Positions 8,542 through 17,321 of a DNA stretch of 35,982 nucleotides are shown here, piece by piece. The DNA comes from Acidimicrobiia bacterium (GTDB lineage: Bacteria > Actinomycetota > Acidimicrobiia > Acidimicrobiales > JAHEJN01): NCBI GenBank assembly GCA_963854565.1, contig CAWKZT010000001.1:1-35982 (forward strand), in the 5' to 3' direction. How positions within the stretch are numbered: the stretch's first letter is position 1; each line of letters begins with the position of its first letter. The notes under the pieces are model-generated. The model made no database searches and was not told the origin of the DNA. It was given only the letters and a program-made list of their open reading frames with translations. A program made the position numbers and the translations under genes.

Positions 8542-9834
8542 TTAGGTGATCTCGCTGAGGTCGGGGCGGAAGGTGCGCCATGCACCGTCGGGATCGCGTT
8601 GTGTGACGAAGCCCTGATTCTTGTGTCGATTGTGCTTGCCACAAAGTGGCGCCCCGTTGTCGGGGTTCGTTCTACCGCCTTCGCCATAAGGGTGGAGATG
8701 GTCACCCTGGCAGCGACTGCTGACTAAGTAGCACCCAGGCCAGATGCACAATGGGGACTGCAGGTTGATGGCATGGCGAGCCAGACCCGTAAACAGTCGG
8801 GCGTGGGAAAGATCGATCACGGCGCCTTTGGCATCGACAACGACGCGTCGAAAACTGGCGGTAAGTGAATTGATGAATGCCTCGGATGGGTCGAGCAGAA
8901 CGCCGTCGATGGTTTCGCAGCGAAATGTTTTGGGATCAAAGATCGGGCGTTGGTTTGCACCTGCGGCAACAAGCATGGCCTCGTAGGTGTCTGACGACCA
9001 GACGATGTTGTGGACGAAGCCGACGGTAGAGGTGCCGGTGAGATTGTTCGCGGCAAGGGCGAAAATGTGGTCGACCGCATCGGCACGACGTTGGGAATTG
9101 GTGCGGGCAAGGTGTTCTTTGCGAGTGTCAATCCCATGAATCATCTGCGCGGAATCCCAGTCGGCCTTGAACTCGATGTCGATGAACCGGTCGAATATCT
9201 CGTTGATGGCCGCACCTTGCAAGGCACTAAAAGAACCGTCGAGATCCCAGGACAGGTCGAATGCGTTCTGGGTCAGATTGGCCCGGCGGTTGTTGTGATT
9301 GCGTTCGGCGTCTTGGTCGGCGCCGTCTTGGTCGACTAGGCGCTCCCACGTGGTGATGGCATTCTCAAAGTCGAGAAACGAAGCACCTTTGGCAATCTGG
9401 GCAAATGCAGCGTCGCGTTCGGTGAGCAGGTAGCGGATACGTCTATTGGCGTGAACCTTGCCGAGAAGAGCGACTTGATCCATGCCGATTTGGCCAGCCT
9501 CAAAGGCAGCAGCGATTTGAGGCATCGCGTCGAGCACTTGGCGGCACCGATCACGACGCAAAGAAGTGGCCGCCGACAGCTTGGCATTGTGGCGCATCAT
9601 CACTTTGGCCGAATGGTGCCCATCGGAGAAGTGGAGCCGTTGGTTGTCAATTGAACGCAATAATTCGATGCCAGCGGCACTTAGGCGACGCTGCTGTTTC
9701 TCGAGAGTGCGGATCCAGGCCACCGCGTCGCGGGCGCTAGCGGGAGCGATGCCGCGGGCAAAAAGCTGGTCGATGCCTGTTGAGATGAGGTCAAGTGCCT
9801 CATTGGCCTGGGAATTTTGTACCGCCATTTCCAT
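8542..9834 (-). CDS. DUF222 / HNH endonuclease domain protein (REP13E12-like family)
   Basis: The N-terminal region is DUF222-like. The C-terminal HNH motif is CIWPGCYLVSSRCQGDHLHPYGEGGRTNPDNGAPLCGKHNRHKN. Confidence 0.85.
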   Translation of the reverse strand: MEMAVQNSQANEALDLISTGIDQLFARGIAPASARDAVAWIRTLEKQQRRLSAAGIELLRSIDNQRLHFSDGHHSAKVMMRHNAKLSAATSLRRDRCRQVLDAMPQIAAAFEAGQIGMDQVALLGKVHANRRIRYLLTERDAAFAQIAKGASFLDFENAITTWERLVDQDGADQDAERNHNNRRANLTQNAFDLSWDLDGSFSALQGAAINEIFDRFIDIEFKADWDSAQMIHGIDTRKEHLARTNSQRRADAVDHIFALAANNLTGTSTVGFVHNIVWSSDTYEAMLVAAGANQRPIFDPKTFRCETIDGVLLDPSEAFINSLTASFRRVVVDAKGAVIDLSHARLFTGLARHAINLQSPLCIWPGCYLVSSRCQGDHLHPYGEGGRTNPDNGAPLCGKHNRHKNQGFVTQRDPDGAWRTFRPDLSEIT

Positions 9835-10060
9835 AATCGAACACTAGTACCAAAAAGGGCAGAAATCAATGTATTTATGCAGGTCAGACATGTTTTTTTG
9901 AATGGCTGGGGTGACCTGTTAGACCTTCGAACCACTAGCACGGTCACCCCTACGGGGATAGCGAATTTGGCTGCAGAGGCCTTGCCGGTAGCGTTGAGAG
10001 GCGCCCGCACGACCACTTGGTTATGTGGGCATCAAATCCGCACAATTTTGAGGAGTCAGT

Positions 10061-10990
10061 GTGAGCAAGTTGAATGAAGGACGCGTAGCAATTGTTACCG
10101 GTGCCGGTCGGGGGATTGGTCGCGAACACGCCCTCGCCCTCGCAGCATCAGGAGCCAAAGTCGTTGTAAATGACCTCGGAGCCGACATGGACGGCGGTGG
10201 CGGCGACGCTACCCCAGCCCAGGAAACCGTCAATGACATCATCGCCATGGGGGGCGAAGCCGTCGTGAACGGTGGCAACGTCGCCAGCTTCGACGACGCC
10301 GGGGCCATGGTTGCTCAGGCAATAGACACCTTCGGTGGTCTCGACATTGTTATCAACAACGCAGGAATCCTGCGTGACCGCATGCTCTTCTCGATGACCG
10401 AATCGGACTGGGATGCCGTTATAGCGGTACACCTCAAGGGCACCTTTGGCCCCAGCCACCATGCTTCCAAGTACTGGCGCGAACGGGCCAAGGCCGGCGA
10501 GACCAACGATGCTCGCATCATTAACACCTCGTCACCATCGGGCATTTACGGCAACATCGGCCAGACCAACTACGGCGCCGCCAAGGCGGGCATAGCTGCT
10601 TTCTCGATGATCGCTGCCATGGAACTCGTGCGTTACGGCGTAACCGTTAACTGCATTGCCCCCGCTGCCCTTACCCGCATGACCGAGAACCTTCCCGGCC
10701 TGCTCGGATCAGAGGACGCAGAGAACTCTATGGGCCCACGTTGGATCGCCAATGTTGCCACCTGGCTTGCTAGCCCCGCCGCTGCGGGCGTGACCGGTCG
10801 CGTATTTGACGTCGTCGGCGATCGCATCGGAATCGCCGAAAGCTGGAGCCTCGGTCCTACCGCTACCCAGGGCGACACCCCCGAGTCGATCGGCGACCTA
10901 ATGCCAGAGCTTATGGCTAACGCTTCCTTGAACTCCGACATGTCTGGTCGGCCAACCGAAGGCCCCGGCCGTCCCAGCAAGACCATTTAG
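10061..10990 (+). CDS. short-chain dehydrogenase/reductase (SDR) family oxidoreductase
   Basis: GTG start preceded by GAGGAG. Cofactor motif TGAGRGIGR, NNAG, and catalytic Y-x3-K (YGAAKAG). Confidence 0.9.
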   Translation: MSKLNEGRVAIVTGAGRGIGREHALALAASGAKVVVNDLGADMDGGGGDATPAQETVNDIIAMGGEAVVNGGNVASFDDAGAMVAQAIDTFGGLDIVINNAGILRDRMLFSMTESDWDAVIAVHLKGTFGPSHHASKYWRERAKAGETNDARIINTSSPSGIYGNIGQTNYGAAKAGIAAFSMIAAMELVRYGVTVNCIAPAALTRMTENLPGLLGSEDAENSMGPRWIANVATWLASPAAAGVTGRVFDVVGDRIGIAESWSLGPTATQGDTPESIGDLMPELMANASLNSDMSGRPTEGPGRPSKTI

Positions 10991-11001
10991 TAGTAACCGT
11001 T

Positions 11002-11070
11002 TGAGGCCTTAGGCCTCATCAAAGTCAGATGGCGCATGGTGAGCAATTACCATGCGCCATCTGCTGTTTT
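11002..11070. terminator. double hairpin between convergent genes; rho-independent terminator for the SDR gene, probably bidirectional
   Basis: First hairpin TGAGGCC-TTA-GGCCTCA (11002..11018). Second is a perfect 14-bp stem AGATGGCGCATGGT / ACCATGCGCCATCT with an 8-nt loop (11027..11062), followed by GCTGTTTT. Confidence 0.7.
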
Positions 11071-11106
11071 GGGAGATGCTGTAGTCCTGGGGAAGGATTC
11101 AGCCAC

Positions 11107-12483
11107 CTAGCTCTCCCAAAGTTTGCCTTCGGGGAAGAACCCGGCAAAGGCAAACCAGAACTCATTGCGATGCGGGGCGATCGTGAGAGTTTCGCCCTCG
11201 TTCTCGCCGGCGATCCCGGCGCCAAGCAGGTTCCAGGTAGTACCTGTCTCGGCATCGGTGAATGTGTCGTCGCCGTTGGCAGTGAAGGTAAGTGATTGGT
11301 CCTCGAATTCGGCGAGGTAGGCAATAGCACTACCGATCTGCTCACTGTTGGCGATGGATTGTTCATCAAGAGCGTCGTTCGTGGCACCACCCCAGAAGAT
11401 CGCGATCGAAAGATCCCCAACCTGGTCGGCGATCAGACCGGTCTCACTTACTGCCGAAAATGGGTACGCCGTGACAGCGTCGCCGTCGATGACCGAAACA
11501 ACCCGGGCCATTGGTGGCAGGCGATCGTCGAGTTCTTCGGGGAAGAATGCTGGGATTGGCCCTGCGCCGGAGCTGTAACCCGTGTAAGGGTTCGTGCCGT
11601 AGTTGGTGCCGAACCCGGTCTCGCGGGAAAGCGACAAGCCGTCGGGATGGGTGGCCGAGAAGTCGCCAAAGGAGACAATCGAGGTGGGGACAAGGGTAAG
11701 TTCGGTGCCGGCGTACTCACCGATTACTCCGGTACCGCTGATTTGCTGCCACAGAGTCTCCGATTGTCGGTCCCACATGACCAGGTCGCTCTTTCGGAGC
11801 AACCCCGATACCCCAAATCGAAGACGTTGACCGTCGACCCGGGCGTCGAAGGCAAGTGCCGTGTTGCAGAGCGGGCAGAAAGTGATCGCTACGGGAACAT
11901 TGCCGAATCGATCGTTGACGATTTCGTGCCGGGTCATGATTGACAGCGGGTAGAAACGCACATCGCCGTCCAGTGAGACAAGCGCCCCGGGTTCGGTGGG
12001 CTGTAGCCATTCGCTGGCCGCGGTCACCGATTCAAACAATGGTCGATCGATGGGAGGAATCCCGTCGCGGGGGTCTTCGCCCCGCAGCCCGGCGCGCAAT
12101 TCGCCGATGTCGATCGTTGTGCGACTCCAATCCGTCGTCCAGAGACCGCTTATGCTGGCGGCGGTGGGGTGGAGCAGGTCGCGGGGGTTGCCGGTAAGGA
12201 TCTGCACGTCCTCGTCGTTTGGTTCGGCGCTGGCCGATACGTCGTAAGGCAGATCGACGGCGGTGGGATCAAAGAGTGGGGCTTCCTGGGACTCTCCGGC
12301 CGTTTTTGATATTACGTCATCGTCAGTCTGTTCGGGATCGGCGTCCTCGGTTGCTCCCTCACTAGCTACTACATCGCGGTCAGTAGTTGTGGCTTGTGGG
12401 GTGCTACTGCCTCCACACGCCGCAGCGATGAGTGCAAATAGCAGAATCGCTGCCAGATTTTGTGTTATTCGTCGAGGCGTCAT
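11107..12483 (-). CDS. DUF3179 domain lipoprotein
   Basis: Signal peptide with LIAAAC lipobox. Carries DUF3179-type motifs RFYPLSIMTRHEIVND, FCPLCNT and GVSGLLRKSDLVMWDRQSETLWQQ. Confidence 0.8.
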   Translation of the reverse strand: MTPRRITQNLAAILLFALIAAACGGSSTPQATTTDRDVVASEGATEDADPEQTDDDVISKTAGESQEAPLFDPTAVDLPYDVSASAEPNDEDVQILTGNPRDLLHPTAASISGLWTTDWSRTTIDIGELRAGLRGEDPRDGIPPIDRPLFESVTAASEWLQPTEPGALVSLDGDVRFYPLSIMTRHEIVNDRFGNVPVAITFCPLCNTALAFDARVDGQRLRFGVSGLLRKSDLVMWDRQSETLWQQISGTGVIGEYAGTELTLVPTSIVSFGDFSATHPDGLSLSRETGFGTNYGTNPYTGYSSGAGPIPAFFPEELDDRLPPMARVVSVIDGDAVTAYPFSAVSETGLIADQVGDLSIAIFWGGATNDALDEQSIANSEQIGSAIAYLAEFEDQSLTFTANGDDTFTDAETGTTWNLLGAGIAGENEGETLTIAPHRNEFWFAFAGFFPEGKLWES

Positions 12484-12592
12484 GACAAAGCAAACCCTCT
12501 ATCAGGCGAATCTATTCGCGAATCTCGAACCGGGAGGCGAAAAGCGCACTAGATCGAAGAAACCAGCCCGAGTCTTCGCGGGGAGTGTTGTG

Positions 12593-15124
12593 TTAGCGGT
12601 CGCCTTGGCGGGTGATGCTTGTCAGTTCGACTACTGCCTCGCCGGCGTCGATGGAGGCATCGATGTCGATAGCCACGACGAGACGCCATTCGTTCCACTC
12701 TTCGGGATCGACGAGGGCTTGATGCAATGTTGTTTCGTTCACAAAGTCGACGTGACTAGCGCTTCGGGCATCGGCGTCGATGGTGAGGGCATCGTGGGTG
12801 TCCCAGTACGGCGTCATGGCCTCGGCGATGTCATCGGAACGCCAGTCGCCACCCGCGAGTTCGGCCGCTCGCACATTGTTTCGGCGACTTAAGGCCTCGA
12901 CGATGGCCCATGTGGCGTTGCGCACCATGATGGCGAACGCTCGTTTATTGGTAGTTACATTGGAGCGGGTCACTTCGATTGGGGTGGCTAGCTCGGAGGG
13001 ATCATCCTCGGGGTTCTGGAGCCTGGACCACTCGTCGATCAGCGACGAGTCGGTCTGGCGAACCACTTCACCCAACCATTCGGTGAGGTCGATTACCTCT
13101 TCGGTCTGACACTCCTCGGGTACGGTCTGACGCAGCGCCCGGTAGGCATCGGTGAGGTAGCGCAACAAGACGCCCTCGGAGCGCTTGAGCCCGTAGTGGT
13201 TGATGTACTCCTTGAAGGTCATCGACTGCTCGTACATGTCGCGCACGATGGCCTTGGGGGCCACGTTGTCGCTGTGGGTCCACGGATGATGAACACGGAA
13301 TAGGTCGAAGGAGTGATACAGAAACTCCGACAACGGTTTCGGGTACGTGAGATCGGCGATTTTGTCCATGCGTTCGTCGTATTCGATGCCCTCGCGCTTC
13401 ATCTCGGCCAGGGCATCTTGGATGACCTTGTTACGTTGCTCGGCCAGAATGACTCGGGGGTTTTCCAGGATTGCTTCTATTACCGAAACCACATCGAGGG
13501 CGTAGGTGGGGTATTCCTGGTCAAGCGCCTCGATGGCCTCAAGGGCATAGAGCGACAGTGGCTGGTTAAGCGCAAACGAGTCCTGCAGGTCGAGGGTGAC
13601 CCGTACGTGTCGGTCCAACTCGTCGGGTTCATCGAGAAACTCCAGGACCTCAGCCTCAACCAGTGAGCGGAAGATCGAAATGGCACGCTTCTGGTGGCCA
13701 CGGCGACGCTTGTGAGTCTCGTGGGTTTCACGCAACAGTTCCTTCATGGACCTACAACCATCGCCGGGACGGTCGAGCATGTTAAGCATCATCTGGTGGG
13801 TGACCTGGAAACTCGAGGTGAGAGATTCGGGTTCGCCATTGATGAGTTTATTGAACATGTTCTCGTCCCAATGCGAATAGCCGCGCTCGGGTGCTTTTTT
13901 CTTAACCTGCTTCTTCTTTCCCCCCGACGCTGACTTCTCATCTTGGATGCGATTCTCGACCCAATGGGCCGGGGCCTGGGCCCACACGGTGCCACGATCG
14001 TCGTACCCACGGCGTCCGGCGCGTCCGGCGATTTGTTGAAATTCGCGTATCTGCAGCGGCCTAACCGAGGTGCCGTCGTACTTGCATAGTTGCGTGAACA
14101 ACACCGATCGGATCGGGACATTTACGCCGACACCCAAGGTGTCGGTGCCACAGATGAGCTTGAGGAGTCCGGCTTGGGCCAACTTCTCGACCAGGAGGCG
14201 GTACTTGGGTAACAGACCAGCGTGGTGGAGGCCGATGCCGTGAGTGAGGAATCGGCGCATCTCTTTCCCGATGGGCGTATCGAACCGGAATCCGCCAATG
14301 AGTTCGTTGATTTGCTGTTTTTCTTCCTTGGTCAACACATTGACCGACAACAACGACTGGGCCTGCTCGGTGGCCTCGCGTTGGGTAAAATGCACGATGT
14401 AGATGGGCGCCTTGCCGCTATCGAGCAACTTTTCGATCGAGTGCACCAGGCGCAACGTGGAGTAGTCAAAATCGAGGGGCACGGGCCGTTCGGTTGATTT
14501 GACCAATACCGTTTCGCGTCCGGTGCGTTCCTTGAGTTCGGTTTCGAATCGTTCGGTATCGCCGAGGGTGGCTGACATCAACAAGAACTGCGACTGAGGG
14601 AGCGTGAGTAATGGTGTTTGCCAAGCCCAACCTCGTTGCGGGTCGCCGTAGTAATGAAACTCGTCGGCAATGACCACATCAACCGGGGTTTGGTCGCCCT
14701 CGCGTAGGGCCCAGTTCGCCAGGATTTCGGCGGTGCAACAGATGATGGGGGCGTCTTTGTTTACCGAGGCATCACCGGTGACCATTCCTACGCGCTCTGT
14801 GCCGAAGTCGCGACATAACGCAAAGAATTTCTCGCTGACTAAGGCTTTGATCGGAGCGGTGTACACGCTTCTCTTGCCATTTGCTAAAGCATAGAAATGC
14901 GCGGCCGTCGCAACCAGCGATTTGCCCGATCCCGTTGGTGTATTGAGGATCACGTTACTGTCGGCGAAGACCTCCAGGATGGCCTCTTCCTGAGCTGGAT
15001 AGAGATCGAGACCTAGTTCTGTGGCGTAGGCGAAGAAAGCGTCGAGTAAGTCGTCAGGGTTGTCCGACGCGGGCATATGTCGAATAAGTAGTGGTTCGGA
15101 TTGCACAACGCCAGACACGCTCAC
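12593..15124 (-). CDS. superfamily-2 DEAD/DEAH-box helicase with C-terminal DUF3516-like region
   Basis: Walker A NTPTGSGKS, motif II DEFH, motif III SAT, motif VI QIAGRAGRRG, and a long C-terminal extension. The track start is a GTG at 15124; an alternative ATG lies at 15076. Confidence 0.9.
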   Translation of the reverse strand: MSVSGVVQSEPLLIRHMPASDNPDDLLDAFFAYATELGLDLYPAQEEAILEVFADSNVILNTPTGSGKSLVATAAHFYALANGKRSVYTAPIKALVSEKFFALCRDFGTERVGMVTGDASVNKDAPIICCTAEILANWALREGDQTPVDVVIADEFHYYGDPQRGWAWQTPLLTLPQSQFLLMSATLGDTERFETELKERTGRETVLVKSTERPVPLDFDYSTLRLVHSIEKLLDSGKAPIYIVHFTQREATEQAQSLLSVNVLTKEEKQQINELIGGFRFDTPIGKEMRRFLTHGIGLHHAGLLPKYRLLVEKLAQAGLLKLICGTDTLGVGVNVPIRSVLFTQLCKYDGTSVRPLQIREFQQIAGRAGRRGYDDRGTVWAQAPAHWVENRIQDEKSASGGKKKQVKKKAPERGYSHWDENMFNKLINGEPESLTSSFQVTHQMMLNMLDRPGDGCRSMKELLRETHETHKRRRGHQKRAISIFRSLVEAEVLEFLDEPDELDRHVRVTLDLQDSFALNQPLSLYALEAIEALDQEYPTYALDVVSVIEAILENPRVILAEQRNKVIQDALAEMKREGIEYDERMDKIADLTYPKPLSEFLYHSFDLFRVHHPWTHSDNVAPKAIVRDMYEQSMTFKEYINHYGLKRSEGVLLRYLTDAYRALRQTVPEECQTEEVIDLTEWLGEVVRQTDSSLIDEWSRLQNPEDDPSELATPIEVTRSNVTTNKRAFAIMVRNATWAIVEALSRRNNVRAAELAGGDWRSDDIAEAMTPYWDTHDALTIDADARSASHVDFVNETTLHQALVDPEEWNEWRLVVAIDIDASIDAGEAVVELTSITRQGDR

Positions 15125-15204
15125 ACCCTAGGACCAATGGGTGTCAGCAGTTGCGAAATCTCCGGGATTGGAATGCCGATCACAAGCGGTGGGTTCCCGA
15201 TGCA

Positions 15205-15396
15205 ATGTCCATCGAGTCGGTAAACGCCGCTTCGGACTTCATGAAAAGTCACTTTCAGGCGATCGTCATGTTGTCGGCCGGCACGCTTGCCATTTTTGGC
15301 GTCTTGCTAATGGCGAACCGTCTTACCTGGGTCACCACCCAACTGCAATCGATCATGAGATCGGTGGGCCTGGAATGGCTCGTCGGTCTGGGTTAA
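15205..15396 (+). pseudogene. possible remnant of the last transmembrane segment of CcdA (cytochrome c biogenesis thiol transporter) or a small membrane protein
   Basis: MKSHFQAIVMLSAGTLAIFGVLLMANRLTWVTTQLQS resembles the CcdA C-terminus as I recall it. No room exists for the rest of the gene because the helicase start lies at 15124. Confidence 0.35.
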
Positions 15397-15411
15397 TCAA
15401 GGAGAATTTAG

Positions 15412-15954
15412 ATGTCGAACAAGAACAACAGGCGTAAGCGCCCACCAGCACCAGGCCCAAAGGCAACTGGTGCGACGGAGGCCGTGGCCAAGACGGGCAA
15501 GGGTTTCACGCCCAAGAAAGGCAGCAGCACGCCACGCACCAAAGTGCCGGCCCGGCCGGTTAAACAACGCAGCACTGGTGCTATCGAATGGGTGGTGCTC
15601 GTTGGTGTGATCGTGGTCATTATTGGCGCGGTGTTCTATTTCACCGCCTTTTCTGACGAGTCCGAAGAGGGCATCACCGCGGCTAACAACTGGGACCTCC
15701 CTGCGCTCGAAGGCACTGATGACGACGGGCGCCTCACGTTGTCGGAGTTCGAAGGCAAGCCGACCATTGTGAAAGATATCGGAGGCCCACAAGGCAACGG
15801 TCTTTACCGTGCTGTGGGCGGCCCGGGCGGCATGCCGATCACCGCGTTTTATGACGCCAATGGTGAGTTGGTGTTCATGAATCCCGGTGGGATGACCTTC
15901 GCTACCGTTGAGGACCGACTCACCCAACTTGGCCTTTTAGATACGGCGCAGTAG
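15412..15954 (+). CDS. membrane-anchored TlpA/ResA-like (thioredoxin-fold) protein lacking the CxxC region
   Basis: AAGGAGA RBS, basic N-terminus and one TM segment. SEFEGKPTIV and AVGGPGGMPITAFYDANGELV match the redoxin flanks, but the segment between them is missing and the protein has no cysteine. Confidence 0.6.
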   Translation: MSNKNNRRKRPPAPGPKATGATEAVAKTGKGFTPKKGSSTPRTKVPARPVKQRSTGAIEWVVLVGVIVVIIGAVFYFTAFSDESEEGITAANNWDLPALEGTDDDGRLTLSEFEGKPTIVKDIGGPQGNGLYRAVGGPGGMPITAFYDANGELVFMNPGGMTFATVEDRLTQLGLLDTAQ

Positions 15955-15964
15955 CCGCTGCAAC

Positions 15965-17071
15965 TCAGTACGTTCGGGTGTCGCGCTGTGTTGGTTGGTT
16001 CTCGTAGGGTGATTGGTAGGTCCCCGGAGCGGAGACAATCCCTGTGGTGGGCCCGGACCCCTGGCTGCGGTCCGCTTGCCAATCGAGGATCAAGCCAAGT
16101 ACACCGCCGAAAGCAGCCAAAATTCCACCGAGTAGAGCTACCCGAAGTTCGGTCGACACGAGTGGGTCCGCCAGCGTCTTATACACGGCGTCGAAAGCGC
16201 CCTGCGGTTCGTCCTCGCGGATGAACACGTTGGTCGCTATGGCCCGCGCCGCCCAGACCGCACCAATGGTCAATAGCGCGATGCAGGCAATGGCCACACC
16301 CGAGCCAAGCATGATCCGGTCTCGTTCTGGAGACAATGCCACCGCGGCGATCAGCAACAGGATCGAGCCAGCCACCGCTTTTCCGGTCCAGTCAGGCAAG
16401 CCTCGAAGGAGGCTCCATAGCAGTCCGCTGCCTTGGCCATCGTGGGCAATGACGAAATCGCCCGATCCCACCGGAACCTGAGCGTTGGATAAGAATCCCA
16501 GCACGGGATCGTCAGCTAGCTCGGCTAATGCGGCATTCAAAACTGGTTCGAGGTCGATGTTGATCTGGGCAGCTTCGTCTTCGGGAAGGCGATCTAATCC
16601 CTCCTCATTGAGAACATTGACAAATGCTTCGTGGGTGGTACGTACTGACGTTAGGAGGGCGGGGGTGAGTCGACCGGTGGCCAAAATGTCGACCACCATC
16701 TGTGTGGAATCGGTTTGCAGCGCTTCGGCAATAGGAAGATCGGCGACAAGATCAAAGATTTCGGGATCGAGGCCGGGAATCGAAAGCTCGTAGGACTCGT
16801 CGCCTTCTTCGGCAGCCTTTTCTATGAGATCGGCGACTTCTTTGAGGACCGATTCGGCTTCAGCACGGTCGATTTCGGCGAGAGTAAACAACTGGTCGGT
16901 GACCTTGTTGGCAATTACGGTCTGTACCCGTTGGTCGTCCAGGGTGGTTGCGACGTGTTCGACCACCTGGTCGGTGTCATACAGCGTGTTTTCGACATAA
17001 CGCCCGGGTACAGCGACGACCGAAAGCAAAACCGCGATGGTGGCCATCAACGATGCAAGTCCGTACCGCAT
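15965..17071 (-). CDS. integral membrane protein, function unknown
   Basis: N-terminal TM (LMATIAVLLSVVAV), an acidic extracytoplasmic domain of about 200 aa, and three C-terminal hydrophobic segments. I recognise no family motif. Confidence 0.65.
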   Translation of the reverse strand: MRYGLASLMATIAVLLSVVAVPGRYVENTLYDTDQVVEHVATTLDDQRVQTVIANKVTDQLFTLAEIDRAEAESVLKEVADLIEKAAEEGDESYELSIPGLDPEIFDLVADLPIAEALQTDSTQMVVDILATGRLTPALLTSVRTTHEAFVNVLNEEGLDRLPEDEAAQINIDLEPVLNAALAELADDPVLGFLSNAQVPVGSGDFVIAHDGQGSGLLWSLLRGLPDWTGKAVAGSILLLIAAVALSPERDRIMLGSGVAIACIALLTIGAVWAARAIATNVFIREDEPQGAFDAVYKTLADPLVSTELRVALLGGILAAFGGVLGLILDWQADRSQGSGPTTGIVSAPGTYQSPYENQPTQRDTRTY

Positions 17072-17321
17072 TGAGTCCCCTCGATTTTAGAACGAATAGC
17101 GTAAGCGGACACCAGTGTGCCCGTTGGCGAACGCCCGCGTGCGCAACAGGGTAGTTCGGTTCGGGCCAACTTTCATACCAACACTTCACACCGGCAATTT
17201 GGGAAACATTCGGTGATTCTGGGGCTCTTGACCCCAATTTGGCGACGCAATAGTTGGTATGTCGCGGCGCTATGGCCAAGCGATGCCGATTGGTGCTCGA
17301 TGGTGCATTAGCTTTTTGGGC

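Noticed and set aside
9926-9931. TTCGAA, a T-loop-like sequence, in the structured 9908..9950 region. This raised the possibility of a tRNA.
   Set aside because: I could form no T-stem, acceptor stem or anticodon arm around it on either strand.
12263-12892. 209-aa plus-strand ORF bridging the DUF3179 start and the helicase end.
   Set aside because: It is antisense to two motif-supported minus-strand genes, and its sequence has no family features.
15394-15414. The CcdA-like fragment ORF and the TlpA-like ORF are in the same frame. I considered a second read-through or recoding event.
   Set aside because: Two stops (TAA and TAG) separated by an AAGGAGA RBS lie between them, which is an ordinary gene boundary.
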